A DNA stretch of 64,000 nucleotides, taken from contig OX638332.1 of assembly GCA_951812735.1 (NCBI GenBank), positions 18,508 through 82,507 of the forward strand. Direction: 5' to 3'. Below the pieces are notes generated by a model. The model made no database searches and had not been told where the DNA came from. It was given only the letters and a program-made list of their open reading frames with translations. Of the stretch, positions 36,784-46,906 are shown one piece after another. The position numbers and the translations under genes were made by a program. The DNA comes from Candidatus Dadabacteria bacterium. GTDB lineage: Bacteria > Desulfobacterota_D > UBA1144 > Nemesobacterales > Nemesobacteraceae. Numbering within the stretch: position 1 is the first letter of the stretch; every line of letters begins with the position of its first letter.

Positions 36784-37074
36784 CTATTCGGTTATCAGTT
36801 TTTCCTCGAATTCGCCTATGGGGATTGCGGCCAGGGTTTCTATGTGGATAGTACCCCTTGAGCCGAGTTCTATTACGATTTTCGTGATTGTTTCGTTATC
36901 CGGCGCTTCCACTATGTTCACGAAGTCGTAAGGGCCGAGCGCCGCGTACTGGGCTTCTACCTTGGCGCCCATCTCCTCAAGCTCCCTGTTAACCTCTTTT
37001 ATCCTCTCGGGCCTCATTTTTATGGTCCTTCTGCCCTCATCGGTAAGGTTGCTAAGCATGATGTATTTGCCCAT
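36784..37074 (-). CDS. GYD-domain protein
   Basis: YAALGPYDFVNIVEAPD motif. Confidence 0.85.
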   Translation of the reverse strand: MGKYIMLSNLTDEGRRTIKMRPERIKEVNRELEEMGAKVEAQYAALGPYDFVNIVEAPDNETITKIVIELGSRGTIHIETLAAIPIGEFEEKLITE

Positions 37075-37100
37075 TTCTTCGTGTCCGCACCCGGAACGTA

Positions 37101-37433
37101 TCAGTCCAGGGTCTTGTTCAGTACCTTTTCTATTTCACTTTTCGGGACGGCGCCGACTATCTGCTCGGCGACCTCGCCGTTTTTAAAGACTATCAGCGTG
37201 GGAATGCTTCTGATGCGGAATTTCATGGTCGTCTCGGGGTTTTCATCCACATTCACCTTTCCTACCTTCACGCTGCCTTCGTAGTCATTGGAGATCTCCT
37301 CGATGACGGGCGAAAGAGCCCTGCAGGGACCGCACCAGGGGGCCCAGAAGTCGACCAGAACGGGGACTTCGCTTTCCATTACTTCCTTATCGAACGCGGA
37401 ATCTACTACCTCAACTATGTTTTCGGATGCCAT
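37101..37433 (-). CDS. trxA: Thioredoxin
   Basis: VDFWAPWCGPC; ATG at 37433 after AAGGAG. Confidence 0.97.
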   Translation of the reverse strand: MASENIVEVVDSAFDKEVMESEVPVLVDFWAPWCGPCRALSPVIEEISNDYEGSVKVGKVNVDENPETTMKFRIRSIPTLIVFKNGEVAEQIVGAVPKSEIEKVLNKTLD

Positions 37434-37658
37434 TTTAATCTCCTTGGGGGTTGTATTCCTATATGCTAATACCGATTTATAATAATACAAGAAGAAGACC
37501 GCAGATGTTCTTCATCTGCAGGAGCCGGCTGCTTAGTCATGTATAATTTGGGGGATTTTAAAACATGTCGGCACCGTCCCGCGCTTTTAGATACGATGTG
37601 CGCGGGGGTTTTTGCGGTTATTCTGAACAGGATGACAAGTGAGAGAAACACCGTGATT

Positions 37659-38720
37659 ATGCGAACAAAAGTCTTTCTGCTCTTTTTATCTTTCTTCCTC
37701 TTCCCCGGACTCTCCCTTTCCCAGCCCCCCGATGCGCCGGTGGTGGTGTCCCCGGTCGTTGAGAGGGAGGTAAGGAAGCCCCTCAGGCTTGTCGGCGCGA
37801 CGTTTCCCGCGAGAAAATCCGTCATATCAAGCGAGGTTGAAGGAGTTGTCGGGAAAATAAACGCCGAGGAGGGTAAGTACGTAAAAAAGGGTGAGGCCCT
37901 CGCCGAGATAAAAAACGACAAGATCCGCCTTGCCCTTGAGCAACTTAAAAACGAGAGAAAGGAAGCTCTTGCTAGGGCTGAGCTTTCGGAAAAAGATTTC
38001 GCGAGGATGAAAGAGCTTTACGACAAGGGCATTATCTCTGACGGAGATTTTGACAGGGCAGAGACCCAGAGGGAATCTGACCGGGCCGGGCTGCTCAGTC
38101 TTGAAAGCCGCGTAGAAATCGCCGAATACGATCTTGCGGCGTCGAGAATCGCCGCTCCTTTTAACGGTTACGTTACTAAGCACCACGCCGAAGCGGGACA
38201 GTGGCTCGGTATCGGGGATCAGGTGGTTTCCTTCGTGGACATAGACACTATAGAGGTAATGGCGGGGATTCCCGAGAGGTACATAGACGACATAAGAGAG
38301 GGCATGGAAGTCGAGGTCATACTGCCCTCCCACAATCGGCTGACCGTTCCCGCGAAAATCTCTTCAGTCATCCCGGACGCGGACCCGAGGGCCGTATCCT
38401 TCCCGGTAAGGGTGATGCTTGAGAACCCTGATCATACGATAAAATCCTCGGCTTCCGCCGTAATCATGGCAAGGATCGGCGAAACCGAGAAAATAAAACT
38501 CGTACCGAAAGATTCCATAGTCAGGTCTCCCCAGGGCTCTGTGGTTTTTGCCGTGAGGGAGGGCCTCGCGCACCCGGTGCAGGTGGAAGAGAAGGGCTGG
38601 TATGAGAGCTTTACTCACGTTGAAGGGGGAATAAGCGTAGGCGAGAGCGTGGTCGTAAGAGGAAACGAGAGACTCAGGCCCATGCAGAAAGTCAGGATCA
38701 CTGACACCAAAGAGCAATGA
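37659..38720 (+). CDS. RND efflux periplasmic adaptor (MFP)
   Basis: Signal peptide, lipoyl-like EGKYVKKGE, IAAPFNG; coupled to the RND permease. Confidence 0.9.
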   Translation: MRTKVFLLFLSFFLFPGLSLSQPPDAPVVVSPVVEREVRKPLRLVGATFPARKSVISSEVEGVVGKINAEEGKYVKKGEALAEIKNDKIRLALEQLKNERKEALARAELSEKDFARMKELYDKGIISDGDFDRAETQRESDRAGLLSLESRVEIAEYDLAASRIAAPFNGYVTKHHAEAGQWLGIGDQVVSFVDIDTIEVMAGIPERYIDDIREGMEVEVILPSHNRLTVPAKISSVIPDADPRAVSFPVRVMLENPDHTIKSSASAVIMARIGETEKIKLVPKDSIVRSPQGSVVFAVREGLAHPVQVEEKGWYESFTHVEGGISVGESVVVRGNERLRPMQKVRITDTKEQ

Positions 38721-41700
38721 ATCTTGTCGAGACCTCTATAAAAAACCCCGTAACCGTAGCCGTCGGCGTTATATTCCTCGTTATTTTCGGGGTTATCTCG
38801 CTTTTCAGGATTCCCGTTCAGCTTACCCCGGACGTCGAGACGCTCAGAGTTACCGTGAGCACTTTCTGGAGGGGGGCAAGCCCCTTTGAGATGGAAAGCG
38901 AGGTGGTAAACGAGCAGGAAGACGAACTCAGGGGAATAACGGGCCTCAGAAGGCTTGACAGCGAGAGCTCGGAGAACTCCTCCGAGGTAATACTCGAGTT
39001 TGAAACCGGCTCCGACATTGACTCTAAGGTGGTCAAGGTATCGAACAGGCTTGACCAGGTAAGGGAATATCCCGACGAGGTCGAGCGTCCCGTAATAACC
39101 ACCGTCGACCCCAGGGCAAACGCCATGGCGTGGTTTATCCTTAAGCCCCTTTCAGACAATCCCACTGACATAAATCTCTACTACGATTTTGCGGATGAGA
39201 TGATCCGCACCAGGCTTGAGAGGGTTCCCGGAGTCGGGGCTTCAAACGTGTTCGGCGGAAGGGAGCGGCGCATAGAGGTTCTTTTCGATCCCGCCGCGCT
39301 TGCCAAGAGAAATATCACGATAGCAGAACTTGCCGCTTCCATTGACAGGGAGAATGAGAATTTCAGCGCCGGCTCCTTTAACGAGGGTAAAAGGCAGTAT
39401 CTCGTTCGAACCGTCGGAGAGTACAGAACTATGCGGGATATAGGAAACATCGTAGTGGCTACGGCGCAAAGCGGCCTTCCCGTTTACCTCAGGGACGTTG
39501 CCACTGTCCGCCTCGGATACGAGGACCCGGGCTACACCGTAAGGCAGAACGGAGAGCCCTCCATCGCCATTAACGTGCTTCGCGAAAGCGGAGCGAACTC
39601 AATAGAGGTCAAGGAGGCTCTCTTTGCGGCCGTCGAGGAACTGAATTCGGGGGTTCTAAAGGACAACGGCCTCCGCCTCCGCAATGTCTACGAAGAGACC
39701 GGGTACATAAAAAACGCTATAAAGCTCGTGAGGGGCAATCTTATTATAGGCGGTGTGCTTGCCATAACGGTTCTTCTTCTTTTCCTCAGAAGCGCGAGCA
39801 GCACGATGATTGTGGCAATCGCCATACCGTCAAGCGTAATAGGGACTTTCATAGTTTTCGAGGCGCTCGGGCGCACTATAAACGTGGTCAGTCTCGCGGG
39901 AATGAGTTTCGCCGTCGGCATGGTTATAGACAATTCAATCGTGGTCCTTGAAAACATATACCGCCACATGCAGATGGGAAAATCGAGGCTCACCGCGGCT
40001 TATGAGGGCACGACCGAGGTCTGGGGGGCGGTGCTTGCAAGCACCCTCACCACGGCCGCCGTGTTCATTCCGATCATGTTCATTGAGGAGCAGACGGGAC
40101 AGCTGTTTCGCGACATAGCCATAGCGATCAGTGTTTCGGTCATACTGAGTCTTCTTGTTTCCATAACCGTCATACCGTCTGCGTCTTCAAAATACCTCTC
40201 CGCGGGGGGCGCGGAATCTCTTGAGCGCCTTGGTATCATGTCGCGGCTGCTTGGTTTCGCGGGAAGGGTCTCCGGCTTTATAAACCGCTTTACCGAGCAG
40301 ATAATGACAAGCGTTAAGAAGAGGGTGGTTCTTGTAGGTTCCTTCACCCTCTTGTCCATAGTGCTTATAATCGCCGTTTTCCCTAAGACCGAGTACCTGC
40401 CCACGGGAAACAGGAACCTGCTTTTCGGGATACTTATCCCCCCTCCCGGATACAATGTCGAGGAATATACGGCCATCGGAAAGCAGATCGAGGCTGATCT
40501 CGAACCCTACATGAACGGAAAAACCGCGACCGGAAAAGATCTCCCGCGCATAAAGAATTTCTTCTACGTCGCTAGGGGGAAACAGATTTTCATGGGCGCG
40601 ATCGCCGAAAACAGAAAGGAAATCAGGGAACTTTTCCCAGTCCTTCAGCAGACCGTATCCAAGATTCCGGGAACGTTCGGCGTGATAATCCAGCCCAGCA
40701 TCTTTAACGCCAACATAGGCGAAGGGAGATCGATAGACATTAATGTCACGGGAGATGATCTCGATGAGATACTGAGGACCGCGAGGAGCGTGTTTTTCAT
40801 GTCCATGGAGAGCATTCCCGGGGCACAGATAAGACCGATTCCAAGCCTTGATCTCGGAAACCCAGAGCTCAGGATCGTTACCGAACGGGAGTCGGCTTCC
40901 CGGGTCGGGATCACCAACAGTGAGCTCGGGTTTACCGTGAGATCCCTGATAGACGGCGTCGAGGCAAGCGAGTTCAACCTCGAGGGACAGGAGGTCGACA
41001 TAGTCTTGCGGGCGCAGCAGGATTTCTCCGAAAGAACCCAGGATATAGAGAACATAATGATCACTTCACCGAGCGGGAAGGTGATTACCGTGGGAGCCCT
41101 GGCTAGGGTCAGTCTTGAAAACGGCCCGGAGCAGATAAATCACTACGAAAGACAAAGGGTGATAACGATACAGATAACTCCTCCCGAAGAAGTTGCGCTT
41201 GAGGAGGCGATCGAGATCATCAACAACAATATAATCTCTGTGCTTCAGCAAAGCGGCCAGGTGGGGGAGCGGACCGGTTTTGCCCTTGCCGGGACAGCGG
41301 ACAAGCTCGCGACGGCAAAAGACGCGCTTCAGTGGAATTTTCTTCTGGCCGTAGTGATATCGTTTCTGCTGATGGCGGCCCTTTTCGGGAGTTTTCTCCA
41401 TCCGCTGGTTATCCTGGTCACGGTTCCATTTGCCTCCCTCGGAGGTTTCCTGGGGCTTTTCGCACTTAACCTGTTCACATACCAGCCGCTTGATATACTG
41501 ACGATGCTGGGTTTCGTGATTCTTATAGGAATAGTCATCAATAACGCCATACTCATAGTTCACCAGGCGCTTAACAACATCCGGGCGGGCATGGAGCAGC
41601 AGGAGGCCATACGCGAATCGGTAAGGGTGAGGATAAGGCCGATTTTCATGAGCACCCTCACAAGCGTATTCGGCATGCTTCCCCTTGTGCTTGCTCCGGG

Positions 41701-41839
41701 GGAGGGCTCTGAGCTATACAAGGGCCTTGGAAGCGTCGTGGTCGGCGGACTGGTTCTCTCCACGGCCTTCACCCTGTTTCTGATCCCTTCGGTCTTCAGC
41801 CTCATGCTCGAGTTCCGCAGGAGACCCTCCGTCTTATGA
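38717..41839 (+). CDS. RND efflux permease (AcrB/AcrD/AcrF family)
   Basis: 1040 aa, GMVIDNSIVVLENI, RIRPIFMST. Confidence 0.95.
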   Translation: MNLVETSIKNPVTVAVGVIFLVIFGVISLFRIPVQLTPDVETLRVTVSTFWRGASPFEMESEVVNEQEDELRGITGLRRLDSESSENSSEVILEFETGSDIDSKVVKVSNRLDQVREYPDEVERPVITTVDPRANAMAWFILKPLSDNPTDINLYYDFADEMIRTRLERVPGVGASNVFGGRERRIEVLFDPAALAKRNITIAELAASIDRENENFSAGSFNEGKRQYLVRTVGEYRTMRDIGNIVVATAQSGLPVYLRDVATVRLGYEDPGYTVRQNGEPSIAINVLRESGANSIEVKEALFAAVEELNSGVLKDNGLRLRNVYEETGYIKNAIKLVRGNLIIGGVLAITVLLLFLRSASSTMIVAIAIPSSVIGTFIVFEALGRTINVVSLAGMSFAVGMVIDNSIVVLENIYRHMQMGKSRLTAAYEGTTEVWGAVLASTLTTAAVFIPIMFIEEQTGQLFRDIAIAISVSVILSLLVSITVIPSASSKYLSAGGAESLERLGIMSRLLGFAGRVSGFINRFTEQIMTSVKKRVVLVGSFTLLSIVLIIAVFPKTEYLPTGNRNLLFGILIPPPGYNVEEYTAIGKQIEADLEPYMNGKTATGKDLPRIKNFFYVARGKQIFMGAIAENRKEIRELFPVLQQTVSKIPGTFGVIIQPSIFNANIGEGRSIDINVTGDDLDEILRTARSVFFMSMESIPGAQIRPIPSLDLGNPELRIVTERESASRVGITNSELGFTVRSLIDGVEASEFNLEGQEVDIVLRAQQDFSERTQDIENIMITSPSGKVITVGALARVSLENGPEQINHYERQRVITIQITPPEEVALEEAIEIINNNIISVLQQSGQVGERTGFALAGTADKLATAKDALQWNFLLAVVISFLLMAALFGSFLHPLVILVTVPFASLGGFLGLFALNLFTYQPLDILTMLGFVILIGIVINNAILIVHQALNNIRAGMEQQEAIRESVRVRIRPIFMSTLTSVFGMLPLVLAPGEGSELYKGLGSVVVGGLVLSTAFTLFLIPSVFSLMLEFRRRPSVL

Positions 41840-41908
41840 AACCGGTTTTGTTTGTGGCATAATAAACCCCTTGACTGAACATTGACAATTATCTGGAGGG
41901 AATCTTAA

Positions 41909-43297
41909 ATGGCTAAGACAAAATACAGGGTGGAATCCGATTCTATGGGAAAGATGGAAGTTCCCACAGACGCTTATTACGGGGCGCAGACGGCAAGGGC
42001 AGTTGAGAATTTCCCCGTGAGCGGACGCACTCTTCCAAGGGAATTCATAAGGGCGATGGGCCTTGTGAAACTCGCGGCGGCGCAGACAAACGCGGAGCTC
42101 GGATTTTTGAAGAAAAATACCGCGCGGGCCATAGCGCGGGCCGCGCAGGAGGTTGTCGACGGAAAGCTCGACGATCATTTCGTGGTTGATGTCTTCCAGA
42201 CTGGTTCGGGCACATCGACCAACATGAACACAAACGAGGTGATAGCAAACAGGGCGGCCGAAATGCTCAGGGGCAAGACCTCCGTGCATCCGAACGACCA
42301 CGTTAACATGGGTCAGTCAAGCAACGACGTAATCCCCACGGCCATGCATGTATCTTCTCTTGAGGCAATAGAAAAAGATCTTATACCGTCGCTTGAGTAT
42401 CTGCGCGACGCTCTCTCGAAAAAAGCAAAGGAGTTTGACCACATAGTCAAGATAGGACGTACCCACCTTATGGATGCCACCCCGATACGGCTCGGCCAGG
42501 AGTTCAGCGGATACGCGAGCATGGTTGACCACGGAATCTCAAGGTTAAAGGGAGTAAGAAACGATCTTTCGGAACTTGCCATAGGCGGAACCGCGGTCGG
42601 CACTGGCATAAACACCCATAAGAGTTTCGGAAAGAAGGTTGCCACAAGGATAAGCGAAGCTACCGGAGTGAAATTCAGGGAGGCGAAAAACCATTTTGAG
42701 GCCCAGGCATCAAAGGACGCGGTCGTTCAGACAAGCGGAGCGCTCAAGACGGTCTCAGTGAGCCTGATGAAGATAGCAAACGACATACGCTGGCTTGGAA
42801 GCGGCCCGCGCTGCGGCTTCGGAGAGATTCTTCTGCCTGCGATACAGCCGGGTTCGTCGATTATGCCGGGGAAGGTTAACCCCGTGATCGGGGAGTCGGT
42901 TACCCAGGTTGCGGCCCAGGTGATCGGGAACGACGCGGCCATAACGATCGGAGGGCAGGCGGGGAATTTTGAGCTTAACGTGATGATGCCGATGATGGCC
43001 GATAATCTTCTTCAGTCTATAAGGCTTTTATCGAGGGTCTGCACCGTGTTTGTCGACAAATGCATCTCGGAAATAGAGGCGGATGAGGAGCGCTGCGGGG
43101 AGATCATCGAACAGAGTCTCGCCATGTGCACGAGCCTCGCGCCGATCATAGGTTATGACAATGCGGCCGCGATCGCGAAGGAAGCCTACGCTACGGGGAG
43201 CACCGTGAGGGAAATTGCCAGGAAAAAAGGTGTGCTCTCCGATGAGGAGCTTGACAGGGTTCTTGATCCGCTGTCAATGACAAAGCCGGCTTCGTAG
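41909..43297 (+). CDS. fumC: Fumarate hydratase class II
   Basis: QTGSGTSTNMN, GRTHLMDATP, GSSIMPGKVNP. Confidence 0.96.
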   Translation: MAKTKYRVESDSMGKMEVPTDAYYGAQTARAVENFPVSGRTLPREFIRAMGLVKLAAAQTNAELGFLKKNTARAIARAAQEVVDGKLDDHFVVDVFQTGSGTSTNMNTNEVIANRAAEMLRGKTSVHPNDHVNMGQSSNDVIPTAMHVSSLEAIEKDLIPSLEYLRDALSKKAKEFDHIVKIGRTHLMDATPIRLGQEFSGYASMVDHGISRLKGVRNDLSELAIGGTAVGTGINTHKSFGKKVATRISEATGVKFREAKNHFEAQASKDAVVQTSGALKTVSVSLMKIANDIRWLGSGPRCGFGEILLPAIQPGSSIMPGKVNPVIGESVTQVAAQVIGNDAAITIGGQAGNFELNVMMPMMADNLLQSIRLLSRVCTVFVDKCISEIEADEERCGEIIEQSLAMCTSLAPIIGYDNAAAIAKEAYATGSTVREIARKKGVLSDEELDRVLDPLSMTKPAS

Positions 43298-43354
43298 GGA
43301 TTTCCACCCGAAAGTCGGTGGTTCGTTAAGCTGTGGTTTTTTCGGACTGGGCGA

Positions 43355-43786
43355 ATGAGAAATTTTCTTTTAGTTTTTTTGCTCTTGTTGGTGTTTCCGG
43401 TTTCTTCTTACGGAGAGGAAGAGCGTTACAAGACCTATACCGACATCGGAGAACTTGAACCGCCGACCGTAACCATTTCGCAGGTTCTTTCCTCCCGGGA
43501 TGAATTTGACAGGAAAATATTCACCCTTGACGGGCAGGTGGGTGAACTGCGGCTTAAGAGAACGGCAAACGGAAGGAAGTTCACCCTGTTTAAGTTCTTC
43601 GAGGATGATCCGGAAAAAAGAATAAGCGTTTATGCCAGAGGGTTCGTGGAAGGTATAGAGAACGGAAGCAGAGTAAGAATCTGGGGCCGCTACAGCAAGC
43701 ACAAAAGATATTTTCTCAGTAAGCGCAAGAACATTATGAAAGCGAAAAAGATCCATATTCTTCAGGGAATCTCGGAAGTTAAATAA
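43355..43786 (+). CDS. Secreted hypothetical protein, probable OB fold
   Basis: Signal peptide; G.V...F.F...G.RV.I.G.Y beta-barrel pattern. Confidence 0.6.
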   Translation: MRNFLLVFLLLLVFPVSSYGEEERYKTYTDIGELEPPTVTISQVLSSRDEFDRKIFTLDGQVGELRLKRTANGRKFTLFKFFEDDPEKRISVYARGFVEGIENGSRVRIWGRYSKHKRYFLSKRKNIMKAKKIHILQGISEVK

Positions 43787-43803
43787 TTTGAAGTGGCGTG
43801 CCA

Positions 43804-43941
43804 ATGAACAGTTCGGACAAGACGAACCGCGAATCGGAGGCGCTCAGGAAGCGAATCTCCGCGCTGAGCGCGGCCATCGTGAGCAAGCTTTGCTGCTCGG
43901 GATCGGGGTATCGAATGATATCCGTCGGGGCCGAGCCGTGA
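43804..43941 (+). pseudogene. Probable truncated N-terminus of a GAF-domain sensor protein
   Basis: Manual translation MNSSDKTNRESEALRKRISALSAAIV... resembles the coiled-coil lead-in of GAF/PAS kinases, then degenerates and stops after 45 aa. Confidence 0.4.
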
Positions 43942-44076
43942 GCTCTCCGATAACAGATGGTTTGATTGCAGCATATGACTGCCCTGTCAGAAGGGGGTCG
44001 GCATAACCTTGTTTTGCGGAAGAAAGAAAGAGAATCTGGTGTTTATCTTTATCGGAATATGCGGAGGCTTCCCGCT

Positions 44077-46014
44077 ATGAAACGATTCCTTGTAAGAGTC
44101 GCCCTCCTGTGTGTAGTCCTCGCATGCACCCAGGAACCGGATCCCATGATCGAGTGGCCGTATGTAGGCTCCGGGCAGGCGCACACCAAGTACTCTGTGG
44201 CCGAGGAAATCACGGCCGCCAACGTGGCCGAACTCGAAATCGTCTGGCAATGGGAGCCGAACGAGAAACCTCTCGAGAAATACGGCACGGAACCGGGGAG
44301 GTTCCAGGCAACGCCCATCATGGTCGGCAACGTCCTCTACCTTTCGACCATGTACACGCGTGTGGCGGCCCTAGACGCGGAGACGGGTGAGGAGTTGTGG
44401 ATATTTGATCCCGGGGCCTACGAGGGGGGACCGAAAGGTGCGCGGCCGACCGGCTTTGTGCATCGGGGCATCGTCCACTGGCGCGACGGGGACAGCTCGC
44501 GCATTTTCCTCAACAGCCGCGACCGGCTCTATGCGATCGATGCTGCGACCGGTGAACTGGACCCAGAATTTGGCGACAGCGGAAGCGTTTTGCTGACCGA
44601 GGACCTTGGCCGCCCGGTTACCCGCAAGGAGTTCGATCAGACCTCGCCGCCGGTGGTTTTCGAAGACCTGGTGATCGTGGGGAGTCGCGTGCCCGACCGG
44701 GTACAACGAAGGTTTGACCCTCCCGGAACCGTGCAGGCGTTTGATGTCCGCACGGGTAAGCGTCGCTGGGTTTTCTTTACTATACCGCAATCAAGTGACG
44801 ACTTCGGCGCGGACACCTGGGAAGACGAGTCGTGGCGCTATACCGGCCATGCCAACGTGTGGGGGTTTATGTCGATTGATGTCGAGCGTGGACTTCTGTA
44901 CGTGCCGGTGAGCACGCCGAGCAGCGATTTCTGGGGTGGTCGCCGGGTGGGGGCGAACCTTTTCGCTGATTCTCTGGTGTGCCTCGACGTGCGCACGGGC
45001 AAGCGGCAGTGGCACTTCCAGACAGTGCACCATGGCGTGTGGGACTACGACTTGGCCGCAGCGCCCAACCTAGTGACGATCACGGTAGACGGGCGCGAGA
45101 TTGAAGCGGTGGCGCAGGTGTCGAAGCAAGGCTTTACGTATGTGTTTGACCGCGTGACGGGCGAGCCGGTGTGGCCAATCGAGGAGCGCCCGGTGGATAC
45201 AATGACGGATGTGCCGGGCGAACAGCTTTATCCGACGCAGCCGTTTCCGACCAAGCCGCCGCCTTTAAGCGGGCAGGGGGTGTCGCTTGAAGACGCGAAC
45301 GACCTGACACCGGAGATCCACGCGCTTGCGGTGGAGGAGATGCAGAAGTTCCGACTGGGTCCCCTATATACACCGCCGAGTCTTCAGGGAACACTCCAGC
45401 GCCCGGGCGTGAGCGGCAGCGCGAACTGGGGCGGGGCGGCATTCGATCCCGAAACCGGGCTCTTGTACGTTCGGACATCGGAAAGTGCCGACACCAACCA
45501 GGTATGCGAAAATCCCGGTAACGATCCGGAGGTCGATGTTGCTTACAGCAACAATTGTCCCTATGGTGGTTCGCTCTTAGCGTTTCAGGAAGACGCTGCG
45601 GAAACCCCGGAGAGCCCGCTTGGACCGATACGGCTCATCAAGCCGCCGTATGCCTACCTAGTAGCCATAGATCTCAACGCCGGCGAGATTGAGTGGAAGG
45701 TGCCGTTTGGAGAAGGGAGCGAAGAGATCCGCAATCACCCACTGCTTCAGGGCATCGATCTGCCCGAACGACTGGGCACGCGCGGCAACTCCGGTCCGAT
45801 GGTTACCAGGGGGGGACTCGTGTTCCTCGGCGGGGGCGCGCCGTACCTGTATGCATTCGACAAGACAACGGGTGCGGAGGTGTGGCGTGGCGCAACGCCG
45901 TATAAAACGAACGCAAACCCGATGACCTACCGGACACGGTCGGGGCGGCAGTTTGTTATAATTGCGACGGGTGCCGGTCCGGACGCCGCGCTTGTTGCAT
46001 TTGCCCTGGACTGA
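44077..46014 (+). CDS. PQQ-dependent dehydrogenase (glucose/quinate/shikimate family), lipoprotein
   Basis: ATG after GGAGG, lipobox VLAC, QATPI, WHFQTVHHGVWDYD, PTQPFP, ANWGGAAFDP, NPMTY. Confidence 0.9.
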   Translation: MKRFLVRVALLCVVLACTQEPDPMIEWPYVGSGQAHTKYSVAEEITAANVAELEIVWQWEPNEKPLEKYGTEPGRFQATPIMVGNVLYLSTMYTRVAALDAETGEELWIFDPGAYEGGPKGARPTGFVHRGIVHWRDGDSSRIFLNSRDRLYAIDAATGELDPEFGDSGSVLLTEDLGRPVTRKEFDQTSPPVVFEDLVIVGSRVPDRVQRRFDPPGTVQAFDVRTGKRRWVFFTIPQSSDDFGADTWEDESWRYTGHANVWGFMSIDVERGLLYVPVSTPSSDFWGGRRVGANLFADSLVCLDVRTGKRQWHFQTVHHGVWDYDLAAAPNLVTITVDGREIEAVAQVSKQGFTYVFDRVTGEPVWPIEERPVDTMTDVPGEQLYPTQPFPTKPPPLSGQGVSLEDANDLTPEIHALAVEEMQKFRLGPLYTPPSLQGTLQRPGVSGSANWGGAAFDPETGLLYVRTSESADTNQVCENPGNDPEVDVAYSNNCPYGGSLLAFQEDAAETPESPLGPIRLIKPPYAYLVAIDLNAGEIEWKVPFGEGSEEIRNHPLLQGIDLPERLGTRGNSGPMVTRGGLVFLGGGAPYLYAFDKTTGAEVWRGATPYKTNANPMTYRTRSGRQFVIIATGAGPDAALVAFALD

Positions 46015-46062
46015 GCTTCTCGTACCAGTTGAACTCCAAAGTGCAACACTGACAAAATATAC

Positions 46063-46090
46063 TTGCAAAATGTACTTTGCTTGGTACAAT
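46063..46090 (+). promoter_or_regulatory. TA promoter with overlapping inverted-repeat operator
   Basis: TTGCAA, 16 bp, TACAAT with extended TG; TGTAC-N8-GTACA at 46071-46088. Confidence 0.55.
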
Positions 46091-46095
46091 GTCAA

Positions 46096-46446
46096 ATGAC
46101 AGAAAAGAAACGACTTCCGGCAAGATTCTTTGAGTCTAACAGGGGTAGGGTGCCTGTTCGTGAATGGCTTTTGTCTCTGAGTTCCGAAGACCGCAAGGTA
46201 ATCGGTGACGATATACGCACAGCCGAGTTTGGGTGGCCGATAGGAATGCCGCTATGCCGTTCAATAAAAAGCCGCAAGGGGTTATGGGAAATCAGAACGA
46301 ATTTGCCGGGTAGTCGCATTGCTCGTGTGTTGTTCTGTATACATGATGGGGCAATGGTGCTTTTGCATGGATTCATTAAGAAAACGCAGAAAACACCTGC
46401 TGAAGAGCTTGATCTTGCGCAGAGGAGAATGAGTGGTTTGAAATGA
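46096..46446 (+). CDS. RelE/ParE-superfamily (Gp49/HigB-like) toxin
   Basis: PVREWL, FGWPIGMP, GLWEIR...ARVLF...VLLHGFIKKTQKTP. Confidence 0.9.
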   Translation: MTEKKRLPARFFESNRGRVPVREWLLSLSSEDRKVIGDDIRTAEFGWPIGMPLCRSIKSRKGLWEIRTNLPGSRIARVLFCIHDGAMVLLHGFIKKTQKTPAEELDLAQRRMSGLK

Positions 46447-46736
46447 CTGAAGAAATTGAAAAAGGAAAAGTTGGTGCTCTGTTTGAGGATTTTCTTAAAG
46501 AGCAAGGAACCTATGAAGAGACGACCGAACAGGCGGTCAAACGAGTTCTGGCATTCCAGATTGCCCAAGTTATGAAGGAACAGAAAATCACGAAGATGGA
46601 AATGGCCAGACGACTTAAGACAAGTCGCTCGCAACTCGACCGGCTTCTCGACCCGGAGAATGATAGAGTGACTCTAGGTGTTCTGTCACGAGCAGCACGG
46701 GTTTTAGGACGTTCCTTGAAGCTTGAATTGCGGTAA
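46443..46736 (+). CDS. XRE-family HTH antitoxin (HigA-like)
   Basis: FEDFLKEQG, ITKMEMARRLKTSRSQLDRLLDP; overlaps the toxin stop by 4 nt. Confidence 0.88.
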   Translation: MTEEIEKGKVGALFEDFLKEQGTYEETTEQAVKRVLAFQIAQVMKEQKITKMEMARRLKTSRSQLDRLLDPENDRVTLGVLSRAARVLGRSLKLELR

Positions 46737-46906
46737 GAATAAGTCATCGGGTTTACCGCTTTTTCCTCGAATTGCTTGGGAAGACCCTTTGTTTCCCCTT
46801 CTTTTTACGGTTGGATATAATTTATCTGAGGAGTTCCGTCCCTTAGAGTTTTTAGTCATGGGTTGAGAATCGGCCTTTCTTGAAATCTCCGGCATTTCTT
46901 TGCTAG

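Noticed and set aside
37659..41839. RND pump without an adjacent outer-membrane factor
   Set aside because: A common arrangement; TolC-like genes are often encoded elsewhere.
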